Shown piece by piece: positions 40,331-53,760 of a stretch of 64,000 nucleotides of DNA. Location: NCBI RefSeq assembly GCF_036321535.1, contig NC_087436.1, positions 27,034,001 through 27,098,000 of the forward strand, in the 5' to 3' direction. The DNA comes from Camelus dromedarius (lineage: Eukaryota). Below the pieces are notes generated by a model. The model made no database searches and was not told the origin of the DNA. It worked only from the letters and a program-made list of their open reading frames with translations. The position numbers were made by a program, and so were the translations under genes. Each line of letters begins with the position of its first letter. Position 1 is the first letter of the stretch.

Positions 40331-41100
40331 ATATATTTCCCTGTGTTATACAATATATCCCTGTTGCTTGTTCATTTTATACATAGTAATTTGTGTTTGT
40401 TTATCTTACATCCTTACCTTGTCCTGCCCACCTTCCCTCTCCCCAGTGGTAACCACTAATTTGCTCTCTATATCTGTGAGTCTGTTTCTAGATTCTAGAA
40501 TTTTATTCTGTGGATTCCACATGTAAATGATAATGTATAATAATTGTCTTTGATTTATTTCACTAAGCATAATACTCTCTAGGTCCATCTCCATTGTTGC
40601 AAATGGCAAACTTTCCATTTTTATGAGTAAAATTCCATTATATATTCTTTATTCATTCATCTGTTAATGGGCATTAAGTTTGCTTCCATATCTTGGCTAC
40701 TGTAAATAATGCTGCTATAAACACTGGCATGCATGTATCTTTTCTAATTAATATTTGTGTTTCTTTGAGTATATATCCAGCAGTTGAATTTCTGAATCAT
40801 TTGGTAGTTCTATTTTTAATTTTGTGAGGAACCTCTATACTATTTTCCATAGTTTCTGCACCAGTGTATAATCCCATAAACAGTGTACTAGGGTTCTCTT
40901 TTCTCCATATCCTTGCCAACATGTTATTCCCAGACTTTTTGATAATAGCCATTTTGATAGGTGTGAAGTGATATCTCATTGTGGTTTTGATTTGCATTCT
41001 TCTGATGATTACCAATTTTTGAGCATTTTTTTAATGTGTCAGCTGGCCATTTGTATATCTTTGGAAAAATGTCTATTCAAGTCTTTGGCTCATCTTCTAA
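40331..41100 (-). mobile_element. LINE-1 ORF2 C-terminus and partial 3'UTR, no poly-A end
   Basis: Minus ORFs 40797-41015 (MQIKTTMRYHFTPIKMAIIKKS) and 40406-40618 (LPFATMEMDLESIMLSEI) are L1-derived. Confidence 0.9.
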
Positions 41101-41104
41101 TAGT

Positions 41105-42500
41105 GTACCTACAGATTCTTTTGAGTTTTCTACAATAGCCTATCATATTATCTTAAAAAATTATGTTTTATTTTGTCTTTTCTAACTTTGTGCCTTTAAT
41201 TTATTTTGCTTATTTTATAATGCTAATTAGGATTACAATGAATACAATGTTTATGGTAGCTGAGATTGTCGGTATCCTTGTATTTTTCTTATTTTTAAAG
41301 TATTTTCCCAAGATTACCCAGTTTTTCAAGATTGATGTTGTGCAATAAGAGTTTTGTAGGTATTCATCATTTTCAGAAATTTTCTTTGTTTCCTAATTGT
41401 TTTTGTTTAAGATTTCTATTAATACTGTAAAGACATATCAGACTTTGACAGTACATAATCTGAATCTGCCATGTTTACTCTTTATTATCTTTACTCTGTT
41501 AATACATTAAATGCTATGTATAGATTTCATTTGTTCACCTATCCTTGTCCATTCTCAGGATAAAATCAACTTTCCATGTTGAATTAACCATTATACTGGT
41601 AGAATATAGCTTAGTAGTTTGTTAAAGATACTGTGCTCTTTGTTGAGGAAGAAGTTGACTAATATTCCTTAATAAAATTTCTATCTCTTTTTGATTTAAA
41701 AGTAATCTAGCACCCCTGAATAAGATGGAGAGTATTCCTTCTTATACATTATCTTCAAAACTTTGGATACCATTTGAATATTATGCTCCAATAATACCTT
41801 GTAGCACTTCAGTTTAACAATCACCTGGGCCTTGTGTTTTCCTTGTGAGTTTCATTATGAATACTTCAACTTATTTAGGATTTATAGGAATATCTAAGTT
41901 TTCTGTGATTCACATTCAAGTTGTATTTTTCTAGAAATTTTAGTATTTCATAAAAACCTTCAAAATTTAATATAATAGTTTCACATGCATCTATTTCTGA
42001 TTTTTTTTTACTGATTTTTTTAAATTTGTGTCTGTTCTTTTTTGTTTTTTGTTCAATCTAGCCAGAGATTTTTCTATCTTTTTTTTTAAAGAACAAACTT
42101 TACATTTATTCTTTTTCTCTATATTATGTTTGTTTCCTGTTTCTTTTCTTTCTAATCTTATCTGGGACTATCTCATTCATTCTTTGTCTTCCCAGACTAA
42201 ATTATTTTCAGTATGTGCAAATACATCATTCAGTATACTAATCCTTTTTTGAATAATAAAATTTTTAAATAAAAATAGTTTTTATTTCTAGAAATTCTGT
42301 TCTTAACTCAAGTTTATCTTTGTCTTGTCAATTGGTGAATTTTGTGATTGGATTATATATTTAATTAAAGTAATTATATATTTTGTTTAAATTACTACTT
42401 TCTCAGATGTTTCATGAACTCATCATTTAGCCTTTACTAACAAGGCTGTATATTTTTTCCCTTTAAATATAGGCATGTCGTATTAGGCATGTGCTCCAAT
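41105..42500 (-). mobile_element. Old, highly diverged LINE-1 ORF2 remnant (L1M/L1ME-like)
   Basis: T-rich antisense ORF2 strings (CACCTGGGCCTTGTGTTTTCC, TTCAATCTAGCCAGAG, TTTTAAAGAACAAACTTT). Boundaries approximate. Confidence 0.6.
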
Positions 42501-43362
42501 CTGTCAGGATCATTTTGGATTATGAGTCTTCCATCCAGAGTATTAAAATATTTGTTATCTCATCTTGATGAAAATGTTATTTAAGTTATTGATAAAAATT
42601 TTTAAGTGTAAAAGCAAAAGAAAGTCCTTTGACAATGCTTTGTGCTAATGACATCTGTGGAATAATGTCAATTCCTTGACCTTATTTTTATGCATGGTCA
42701 TCCTCTCATGAGCATTACACAGAACTCAAGTTTCTCCTTATAAGTTACCTCAAAACATTTACAGCTGATACCAAAGTACTGCTTTTCAAGGAAAAGTCAA
42801 TGTGATAGTATACGTGTGGGGGTGGATGGAGGGAGAAATTGTTAATAAACATCCAGAGTTGTTATTTGAAAATGATCAGAGCTATTAAATACCCACTTTG
42901 CTTTTTACAATTATATGTTACAAGAAAAGTCAAAAATTCATAACTTTTTTATTTCATCTAGTCCTTTTATAATGTTTGAAGAATGGTATCATTTTTAAAT
43001 GACTATCACATTTCTTTACATATATCACATTCATTGTGTCATTTCTTCTTTACTCAATTATTATGTATCTTACTTTACATTTCTTCATATATATCTGGTG
43101 TGTACTGTTTTTGAAGGTCAAAGTCACATCATTGTGCAGAGATGCAAGGAAAGAACTCATTGTCCACCTGACTCTGCTGGTATGAAGTTCTGACCTCCAC
43201 CTACTTCATACAGTCACTTGTGGAACTCCTGCAACTAATTATCCTGCATGAATTATCAAAATGAAAACTATTACTTCAGGTCAAGAGAAAAACAAAATTA
43301 TTCAAATGAAGGAAAAAGAACGAACTTTATTATACAGGCCCAAACAGGTACTGTCTTTTGAA

Positions 43363-43385
43363 TGTGTGTGTGTGTGTGTGTGTGT
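43363..43385. repeat. (TG)n microsatellite
   Basis: About 11 TG units. Confidence 0.95.
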
Positions 43386-43423
43386 AACTGAAGTTACAGG
43401 ATAAATGATGAGGCTTTGAAATA

Positions 43424-43615
43424 TTTTTATTGAAATATAGGTGATATACAACGTTATATAAATTACAGATGTACAATGTAGTGATTCACAATTTTTAAAG
43501 GTTATACTCCATTTATAGTGACCATAAAATATCGGCTGTATTCCTTGTGTTGTACAGTATATCCTTGCTGCTCATTTTATACATAATAGTTTGTATTTCT
43601 TAATCCCCTACCTCT
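43424..43615 (-). mobile_element. Short LINE-1 3' terminal insertion with a 20-bp TSD
   Basis: TTTTTATTGAAATATAGGTGATATACAA L1 tail. TSD ATGAGGCTTTGAAATATTTT (43408-43427) / ATGAGGCTTTAAGATATTTT (43616-43635). Confidence 0.88.
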
Positions 43616-45189
43616 ATGAGGCTTTAAGATATTTTAAATACAGCTATGTTGAAGGCAAATATTTATTCCAGTGAAATAACTGATTATTGGTATAATGCGA
43701 TTATTTTCTTGGTAAAGCATTTAGTAAAATACATCATTTTTCAAAGTAATTAGTAAGCTTTATCTAGTCTCTTCATTTATTATTTAAACATAATTGTGGA
43801 TAGTAATTGGAAATGGCAAGAATGTGTCTATCACCATTAGTGAAATGCAAATATTGTTAATATTGTTAACAAATTTCCCCAAGGTTGAATCTGTATTTAC
43901 ACATTTCAAAACGTAAGTTTGACTAATTTAAATGGAGCAGAAGAAGATGCACTTACCTACAATAAACTGGCATTAAATAGCAATAGTAAGAGCGAGGCCT
44001 AATAGCTTGTGCCTCTATTCCACGGGAGGCCTGACCCTAATGGCCAAGAGCACTTCAATTAAGTTTCATTGCTCTTCATTACATTTCTTCAATATATGTG
44101 TCTGATGTGATTGTGTTTGCTCTCACAAGAGCATGCGACTTTTCATAAGGGTCAGAGGTAACTTTGGATTTTATACTTTCTAATTCTAATGGGAAACCTC
44201 TTTAGGTTTTCAGAGTCAACTTATTCAGTGGGTTTCTTTCTTCTTCCTTGAATTAGTATTTTTTCACAGAATACTTAATTAATTAAATTGTTCATTTTAC
44301 TCTCTATGCTAGATGTGATTTTATAACACAGGGATGCACAGCAATTGCTTTTTGTGACGAAAGCTGAGGGAGAGAAACAGCAGCAACCCAATTAATAACG
44401 TTATATTCAGTCTCTCATACCTTATGAAGACCTTTGTGCTAAAGCTTTAAATGGTTCATTTCACAGAGAAACTTAATTATTGCATTTATATCAGAGGATG
44501 TGAGTCTTAGGTAAGATACATCCAGAAGGCAAAAGCTACTGGTGAGCAGATATTAGTCTGTATATTACATTGTATGACAGAGAGACCAAGTAATGGAGAA
44601 CGAAAAGACCTACACATTTTCTGCCAGGTAGTGATAAAATGTCAGCAGCAGAAATAGAGAAGGAACAACTGGCCTGAATGATACCAACATGCAACCCCCC
44701 CCCCCCCCCACACACACACACACAAATCCAAACACTCAGAACTAATGGGCATCTTGGTAAATAAAGCTCTTTGATGCTGTGGTACAATGTCAGATACCAG
44801 GAGACAGGAGGAAACAGCGTTAGCTCCTTCTGAGAGATCCAAAATAATAGAGACAGTAATTGGGTACATTGCTTCTTGTTGCTAGGTCATAGAAACACAT
44901 TCACTTGATTCTATTAGTGACTGCAAGCAGGGACTAGAGTTTTTATTAAATAAAATATAATGCATTATTTAGCCAGGCACATGAACTAGATCTAAACTAG
45001 GAAAGACATAAGGAGATACAAAATGTTTATTTATACATTGATGAAGAATTAAAAGTTCATATGATTACCATTTATATACTGCATACTTTTTACCAACTAT
45101 CTTCTTTCACTTTTATATAAATATTATGTTTTTAATACTCATTATGTTGATATGAATAGTTCTAGTTTGTTCACAATGGTTCAGGATGC

Positions 45190-45378
45190 AGATATATATA
45201 GTAAAATATAAAGAAATGCAAGGGGGTGATAAACACAAATTCAGAATTGTAAGCACCTCTGTGTGGAAGAGGAATGCCATCAGTGGAGATTTAGCTCTGT
45301 TGTAAGTTTTGTTAATAATGGACATAGAATGTTCTTTATATATTTTATATACTTGAAATATTTCAAAATAAAGTAAAA
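45190..45378 (+). mobile_element. Old LINE-1 (L1ME/MC-type) 3'UTR fragment
   Basis: AAATGCAAGGGGGTGATAAACACAAATTCAGAAT...CACCTCTG and terminal TTGAAATATTTCAAAATAAA. Confidence 0.65.
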
Positions 45379-47224
45379 TTTTCTCCAGAAATTTTGATAG
45401 CTCAACTAATAGGTTAATGGTACTTATACATATGTAGTTACTTGAGGATAGAAATGGAATAAGGACATCATAAGACAGAATTTGAGAAGGATCTGATATT
45501 AGAACTGAGGGCCCTGAAGCATGCCTGCATTATGGCTCTACCCCACTATTTTTTTACCTTCCACCACGATCAGAAACAAAATCTCTTTCCACCACGAAAC
45601 TTTCTACACCTGAGAAAGCTCAACACTAATGGATTTTAAAGAAATATTTATTTAAGATCTACTTACATATGTATATAGTAATATATATATATCTCCTAGT
45701 AATCTTATTATATATATTCTAGTAATTCTTACACCAAAACTTCTTTCACAGCCCTCTCATAGTTTTTCAGATGTAGTTGTGTGTATATTTGCAAATTCTC
45801 CATATATAAAAGTGTGTATGAGTGACTGTGTGTGTGGGTGTGTGTTGTTATGTGTGTGTGTGAACGTACATACTTCCACATTCAGCTCTGTACATGTTTG
45901 ATTTATATCTCCTCCTGAATTATCTGCTGTCATTTCTTTTTTACCCAATTATGTCTAGTAAATAGAGGCCCAGAATAGATTGTTACTATGTTTTATAGTC
46001 CGTGGAAGACAATAGGTTATGAAGTAGCCTTAATAATATAATATACTATAATGTTTACATAATTGGCAGTCAGTAAGGATAATTCACATGTGATTAAAAT
46101 AGCATTTAACCTTCATCAGATTAAGGTTTAAGTTCTTCCATTATCTGTGTCATTTTGGAAACTTCTATTAACATTCTTGGTCTTTATATTTTGAACCTGT
46201 GAAAGAAAGATACTCAGCTCAGTAACCTTGAAGCTCCCTTATGGTGTGAACATTTTATGGTCAGTTCTTATCAGTAAAGGTGATTAAAAAGAAAAATAGT
46301 AGAGTTGATAGGACATATAGATTTACTTAGCATATGATATTGATGTAGCATTCTTAATTTTCCCTGTTATTCTTACTTACAGAGTTACTGAATTGAAATT
46401 CATTTTCTCTGTATACAAAGATACAATTTTTTGGTTAAAATCAAATAAAGTATTAACTTCCAAATTCCAATCTCCAAAGTTAACAGTGCATGTCTTTTGA
46501 TTTTAAAATGTAGTACTGAAGGAAATACAAATGTTCCTTTTGAAGTTTGAGATACAATATTTAAGTAAATTTTTCATCAGCCATTTTGCAGCTACAAATC
46601 CAGAGTTAGGTTAGTCAGATAAAAGCTACTCTATAGATTAGAGTTGCCTTTACTAAAATCCAGCCTAAGTGGAAGAAACAATGAGAAATTGAGTGTGAAA
46701 ACCTTAGAGAAAAAAAAGCCATCAGTCCAGGAGCTATCTAGTTAAACTTTAGTCTTAACCATCAAAAATTTATTTTCCTGCCTTCATAATCTTGTATGTA
46801 CATGTGTCTAAAATTTCTAGATGCTTAATACTTTCAATGTTTCTGAAAAAAATACAATTTAATTGAAAATCAGCAAGGAATTTGCCATCTGTTTGCAGAG
46901 CAGCAATGTCAAGGCAAAGTGCTAGCCTGTGGTATACGTCCAAAACCCTAACAGAAATGTACAAGGCACATATGCTTGCAGTTGTGGTTGTAAAATCAGA
47001 ATCCAGTTAGTGTGCTCAGTGTCTCTGAACCTGATCTGTATTTGCTTTACTTACAAATAAAGCAGCTTCAGTTTCAGACTTAAAAATGATAATTTAAGGT
47101 AGAATCTAGCACTTGTTCTTGCTAATAATAAGTACAATTAATTGCCATTTACAATTCCTAAGGATCAGATCTCTCTTAAAGCATTACCGTGGAGGTTTTT
47201 TTCCCCCTAGTTTTAAGACTTTAC

Positions 47225-47340
47225 TCCAGTTATTTAGCCTCTCTAAGCACCACATTGTCTAGAGTTGTTGAAAGGATTTAACTTATATAAAGTACTGAGA
47301 TTTTCTTAACATATAAACTCAATAAAAGATCACTATTCTT
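47225..47340 (+). mobile_element. MIR SINE 3' fragment
   Basis: TTATTTAGCCTCTCTAAG...AGAGTTGTTGAAAGGATTTAA...CTCAATAAA. Confidence 0.5.
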
Positions 47341-47429
47341 TATATTATTGACATTATTACTCACCTGGTCTAGGTCATGCATCATATCATTTAGCAAAAG
47401 TAATACTCTAATTATTAAAATTCATTAAA

Positions 47430-47630
47430 ATTGAAATCTCTGACAGGCATTCAGCTAAGTACTTAACTTTCATTAACTAATTTAAACCTAGAAACAACCT
47501 TAGGAAATACGCATTACAAGCATTCCCATCTCCGAGCTGAAGAAACTGAGATTTAGAGCATATGAGGAAGTTTTTCAAGATCCCGCAGCTAGTAAGCATT
47601 GAAGCTGAAATTAAATCCTGAGTCTGGCAG
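47430..47630 (-). mobile_element. MIR SINE
   Basis: Antisense core CCCATCTCCGAGCTGAAGAAACTGAG...CAAGATCCCGCAGCTAGTAAG. Confidence 0.75.
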
Positions 47631-49624
47631 TATCCAGGACTTGGTCTCAGAAAGTATTAAATATACTGGCATGCAAGTAGAATATTACTTTAGAAATTCA
47701 GTTATTGAGAACATGAGTGTTAAACTGATTTCAGTTATTTCCTTGGTGGGAATTTAACTGTGTATAGGTTTTAATTTTTTTTTTTTTACTGAGTGTGTTC
47801 TTCACTTGATGAGATAGATGTTACATACCTTGTCTTCCTCTCCACTTCTCATTTTCCTGGTGGTTAGGTTTAGAACAGTACAAGTAGATCTCCTATACTC
47901 TCAAGAGCCCAAAGCTAGTGCTAGACCCAGAACTCAACCTCCACTTACTCTCTGAATTTGCTTGTTTTTCTCTCCGGTCCTTAGCCCTGCTTGAGACTGA
48001 AAATTCAACTTAACTCTCAGGTCCCAGGGCTCCTTAAGAAAATAGAAACTTGATAGTAATCCAATGTTTACATATCCGTGTAAGACAAAAATTGACCTTC
48101 AAGTGTGATGGAATGAGAACAGCTCTCACAGAAAGGTTTGTAGTATAAATATACACATGGATCAAATTTTAATATAGTAAAGAAAACCAAAATCAGTAGA
48201 AATTAAATATCCAGTTTAAATATGTGAACATCCCATTATACATGCCCTATCTCAAATCTATAATAAAAGTTTTCAGATTGTTAAAGATTAAAAGCAATCA
48301 TATTATTGTATTCTATTACTCTGGGTTAAAAATACTTTTTAATATAAACATTTGAAAGGAATAAATTTTGTCATTCTTTTTGACTTTATGCTTATGTTTT
48401 CGATTTATACTTGAAAGTTTGAAAACAGAGAAATAAATTATGTGGCTGCCTCACATTAGTGTGAAAACTCCTCTGACACTGTAAAAATAACAACAGCATT
48501 AAGTTACTTAAATAATTTGTGGTGTTTGAGCTCATTAGCACCTTGTAAATTTTCACATAGTCTGTGTTATAACTTCATTTCCAGAAGAGCTATCATAGCA
48601 CAAAAACAAACCCCATGTGCAGTTAATAACTGAAAGATTTACTGAATGATTCTGAATAGGAGACAGTACACAATAAAGAATAGATTCTCAACTTGGTATA
48701 TAGGGCTGAAACATTAGTAAGAGTTATACTATTAGAAGTGATTCTTTTCTCTTTTAAAATTTGTTCACCCACTTGGAAGATTAGCTCTATACTACAGTTT
48801 CTGCAATTCAGTAGATAATTCTATTGAAAATAAAGTCAGATTATTTTATGGTTGGGATCACTTTCCTTTAAAAGTTCAATGCATTGTATTCCTGCAAATA
48901 TGATTTCTGCTTTTTTAATTCTTTGATATAAATACTATGAAAGAATATTTCAGAATTTAATATGTCCTATCAATAGTATTGAAATTTACTATTCGGCAGA
49001 TAAGTAAGCTTAGGGGAAAGAGAAAGAATCTTTTCTGCTCATGTAACTGCATTTTTACTCATGTAACCACATGCTGAGCAGAATTTCTGCCGTAGAAATT
49101 AGAACCCACAGCTGACACAAAGAGATGCTGTGTGCTCACTTCTAAGAAGACCCTTAGGAACTAGTAAAGAGATAATAGAATATATTCCCCACAACTCTAC
49201 TTCTCCAGTTCACCGAGCTTCATGATGACTGGGGAGGGAGGAAAGGAGTCAGCACTGAGAGTCCCTGACATCATCATTGTAAGCCTTTTAGGGGATGAAC
49301 TTGGGAAGGCTACTCCCATGCAGACCTGTGAGGGAGCCACAAAAATGTAACTCATAAGGAACAGAGTTAGTGGAATCTCACCCTACCCCCTTACTGGGCA
49401 CTTGCTGAACTGCAGAATCCTCAGGGCTACCCTCTCACTACTTTCTTTTTTTTCCCCCAACTACTTTCACTCCTGAAAATAGCTTGGTGAAAGAAATCTT
49501 GAAAGAGCATGGACTGTGTCTATGGAGTTTGAGTGTATATGTGAAAAAAGAGACTAGTGATCTCCAATCCACTTTAAGGGAATTTTGGATCCAAAAGTGG
49601 TAAGTAAAAAAATGTCTCCTGAAT

Positions 49625-49900
49625 ACTATATAGGAGAATATTAACCTGATCTTTGATTAAAGATTCTTAAATATAAAAAGTACTGACCATGAAGACTGAT
49701 ACATTAAATCACAGTAATTAAATATATATATATGTAAAGATTAAGAAAGCAAGCCACATAGTGGAAGAAGATACTTGTAACATGTAAAACTAATAGAAAA
49801 GTGGTACTCACTCCGAAGATATATTAAAAAAAAAAAAACAACTTCCACGAATCGATCAAGAAAAAGACAGACAATTGAATAGAAATAAATGGACAAAACT
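49625..49900 (+). mobile_element. Old LINE-1 ORF2 3' fragment
   Basis: AAAGATTCTTAAA, GCAAGCCACATAGTGGAAGAAGATACTTGTAAC and AAAAAGACAGACAATTGAATAGAAA..TGGACAAAA. Confidence 0.6.
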
Positions 49901-49919
49901 TTAAGGGAATTACATTGGC

Positions 49920-50650
49920 AGGAAGTGTGCCAGCTTTGACTGAAAGAGAGAGTGAAAACTTAAAAGAAGTCTTGTGGAAATTCAAACTTGTACAGAAAGT
50001 TGGCTGAGAAAATGCCTGAGGTGCAAACGTGGGCTATTACAATAGAACAGGAAGAAAGATTTAGAGTAAAATGAAGAATTTTGAAATCCAGAAGGCAGAG
50101 AGCCAAGAATCATGGAGCATCAGTTCATGATAAATATTTGACTGAGTCTCAAACAAGAAACTTTCAACATTTGCCTGGCAAGATTTTACAAATACTAGGG
50201 AATATTGATTCCTATGAACTTCTTACCACTCCCCTCAACCCATTTTGAACAGGAATGTCTGTAGCGGTATCCTAGAACGGTCTTCTTTGTTATATTGTCT
50301 GTATGCATACAGGGGGAGACAGAAATGTTGTCTCTTAAATTCACAGATCTTCAGATTGAGAGGAACTTGACCTGAGGAGCTACATATAAAACTTAATTTA
50401 AATGATAAAATTCTAGAATTTTAATGGGATGATACTCTTCAGGGCTTGGAAAGTGGGTGAGTGTATTTTGCACATGTAAGGTTCATGGATGTTTGGTGGT
50501 TAGAGAGAACATGGCCATAGCCAACTTCTGAGAAGGCTCCCAATGACTTCTCAGCATTCAGGCCTTTGACATTCCTCTCCCACAATGAACAAGGCTGACT
50601 TAAGTGGTCAATAGGATATCTTACTGCAGGAATGACAGAGTGCAATATTT
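49920..50650 (+). mobile_element. MaLR internal 3' end followed by the start of an MLT1(E/F)-like LTR
   Basis: TTCACAGATCTTCAGATTGAGAGGAAC and GGGTGAGTGTATTTTGCACATG (MLT1-int end), then LTR-like GGCTCCCAATGA...CCTCTCCCACA. Confidence 0.65.
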
Positions 50651-50993
50651 ATATTTTATGAAAATGCTGAATTGTTTCTGTTATACAAAAAAATGAGGGA
50701 CATGGAGAGGAATTTTTAAGAGGATTTCTTTAGATAGAATGATGCTAGGAAATTTTACCCTTCCCCACTGGCAAGATATATCCTCACACAAAAGAGAAGT
50801 TTCTTAAAGAGATCATTTGAAGAGCTCCCTACATGTACAATGAAGTCTAGAGTACAAAATAAATTGGTATCTAAGTTATGAATAATAATCAAAATGGTAT
50901 AAAGATGAAAAATAGGGGTATAGTTTAAAAAATACCTGCATTTTCAGTCAGAGCAAGGCTGCATAAGGTTTTCCCATGGACTTAATGTAGGTC

Positions 50994-50997
<4 letters not shown>

Positions 50998-51041
<44 letters not shown>
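50998..51041. repeat. (CA)n microsatellite
   Basis: About 21 perfect AC units. Confidence 0.98.
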
Positions 51042-51043
<2 letters not shown>

Positions 51044-52089
51044 TTAGTTGTATGATTGATTTAGGAACTCTCCAAGAGAGCATTCTTAAGTGTGAACCAA
51101 TCACAGCAGGTAAAAACAGAAATATGTTTGAATTCTAAGAAGCTGAGGAAGGAATGAGTGGCCAGCCAAAACAGAGATGCATTCAGCCAGGCAAGACATT
51201 TATTGCATTGGTTGACTCTCCTTCTTACATGCAAACCCAGGAATTGTTAGAATCTTTGGTTAACAGGAATAACCATGGCAGGCTAGAAAAAGAGAAAAGC
51301 CAATCATGTAATCCTCCTTGACAGCAAGCTTCTTCCATACAACACACCTCCTTTGGGGGAGGAGAGGAGAGGCCATTTTAAATCAAATTTGGAATTCTTA
51401 ATATTTGAATATTATAATTGTTTTCAATGTACCTGCAGTATCTTGTTTATTATTGTTTTATTTTGTTTTCACTTAACAGTGACAGAAAAATTCATAAAGT
51501 GCACCTAAGATTTCATCCATCAGCAGGGGAAATTCAGTACCCACTGATGAAATTTTACAAGGTACTCAAAGGCAAAAATAAAATTGTTTTATGATAATGT
51601 TCTTACAACTGTGCTTTTTCAAAATACCAGTTCAAATGGCACCTTCCTTCTCTACATGGGCTAAAATATTATGCTGTGTAACTCATTAGAAATCAGATAT
51701 TTCAGACATCCAGATTCCCTTTTTCATATATCCACCCTCATTTCTTCCTTGCATACTCATCTCATTACAGAATTATAAAATACTTTTGTTCCTTTAGACA
51801 ACAGATTAAAAAAATAAGAGATAAAATATAAAGATAAAATAAAATTCAAGTTTATCTTGTAGGGGTGGCAACTAAAGTAAGAAGACTTTGGGGTAGGATG
51901 TGTGTGGAGGTTTTTTGGTTTGTTTTTTCTTCCATTTGATTCTATAGGTTACACAGTCTGAATTTGCACTGGTTATACCAATGTAACACAAAGCAGTTTC
52001 ACGTTGTACATTTGTTTACACAAATGTAAAATACAATTGCTCCATTTTCATGCTGGCCATTTAAAAATTGTGTCCATTGATAAGAAGAA

Positions 52090-52330
52090 AAGTTTGTCTA
52101 GTTCCTACTTTCTGCCCAACATGGTTTTAAGGGCTTTACATGGATTGACATATTTAATCTTCATAAAGTTGTCCTTGTGTGGTAGCTACTGTTAATCAGT
52201 CTGTGGATGAAGAAATTGGAGAACAAGGCCTCAAGTAACTTAGAGTCTCACAGGTAATGAGTGACAGAAGTCATCTATAAACCCAGGTACTGTAGCTCTA
52301 GAGGCTGTATCCTTATCCATTGCACCGTAC
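52090..52330 (-). mobile_element. MIR SINE
   Basis: TTCTGCCCAACATGGTTTTAAGGGCTTTACATGG...ATTTAATCTTCATAA...GATGAAGAAATTG. Confidence 0.7.
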
Positions 52331-53559
52331 CACTCATGATTCTAAAACTGTACTTTGCAAGTTTTCTTTTATCCAAGCTATTTCTTAAAAAAAAAAAAAA
52401 AAAAAAGACAGAAGTCAAAATTGTGCCAGATTCAGGTAATTGTAATAATCATAATAAGCAAGAATATAAATTACTATTTTTATTTCTCAAGATTTTAAAA
52501 ACATGACTGAATTTTCAAATTACTTATAAATAACATATCTTTAGATGTTTTGAAAAAGTGTGCTTGCAGTTCTACAGTAAGTTCTGGAATATTTGATTAT
52601 GAAGCACCATGTTTTAAGATCATTCAATTAGTGATAAATCATTTAAATGGAAGTTAAAATGGCAAAAACAAACATTTTAGAAGAACTGTCTCTCTTTTAC
52701 AGTATTTTTTCCCTCATTTTCCCTCCTTGCACACAGCCCTTACACTCTGTGCTTTCTTTGTTCATTTGAAATGAGTCTGTTTCTTATGAGTGGATGGAGT
52801 CTTAGAAGTATTACTCTCAGATTTATGTCATGAAAGATTTTGACCTATGAAAAGAAAATGTCTCATTAAATCTTTAATAAAAGAGTGACATTAAAATGTA
52901 AGGTAGGTCTTTGTTCTCATGAGAATGTAAAAACTTTAAACTTTTAGAAAGAAAATAACTTCTATAATAATTAATTTATTTTAAAAAATCTTTAGCATGT
53001 ATATTGTGTAATGTAGAAGATAAAAATGAAGAGGTGTTTCAGGTCATTGTATTGTAGGGTTACCAGAATTGATGTTCCTGACATTCTTCTTCCTAAGTTT
53101 TTATTAAAATATTTACAACCATACCAGAAGTATAGAGAAGAAATATCCATTGTAAAATATTCAATCAGCACACAGAGTATGTAACTCAAATTATACCCAC
53201 AGAACAAGTTGAGGGGAAAAAAAGGAATTCAGAAAGAGAAAGGCCCAAGGATGAAAGAGACACATTGAACTAGACCACTTTTCTGTCCCTAATTCTAAGT
53301 TGCACTGACTATACTGAACCAAAAACAGAGATCCAATTATTCACTTTTATTGACTCAAACATAATGAGTCTCCCATTGATTTGAGGGTATTTAATGACTC
53401 GAGGAAAAGAATTGTAAGGAATGATGACTGTAAACAAACAGGTTATCTTAAAATCCGTGCATTATTTTTGTATTGTGCAGAGAAATAACAATCCACATTT
53501 CAAGATTCTTAATCATGGGTCATAGTGAAATGAAGAAATCAAAAGGAAAGAGACTGTAC

Positions 53560-53760
53560 ACCAAGAACAATCCAAAATGGTTGAAATTAAACCAGAAATA
53601 TGGCAATAAATATAAAAAAGCATTCCTAAAAAAAACCCAAAGATTGTGAGGCATTTTTAAAAATAAAATATGTGGAGATTATAAGAAAATACCTTATAAA
53701 TGACACAAAAAGCATGAACATTTTAGAAAAAAAAAGATAATTTAAATAATAATACACAAC
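53560..53760 (+). mobile_element. Old LINE-1 fragment, start of ORF2 endonuclease region
   Basis: AAAATGGTTGAAATTAAACCAGA...CAATAAATATAAA...CAAAGATTGT...TATAAGAAAATAC is a degenerate ORF2-start pattern. Confidence 0.45.

Noticed and set aside
51050..51610. Possible very old LTR (Gypsy/ERV-like) ending near AATAAA...TTACA
   Set aside because: Only a vague resemblance; termini and family could not be supported without a Dfam search.
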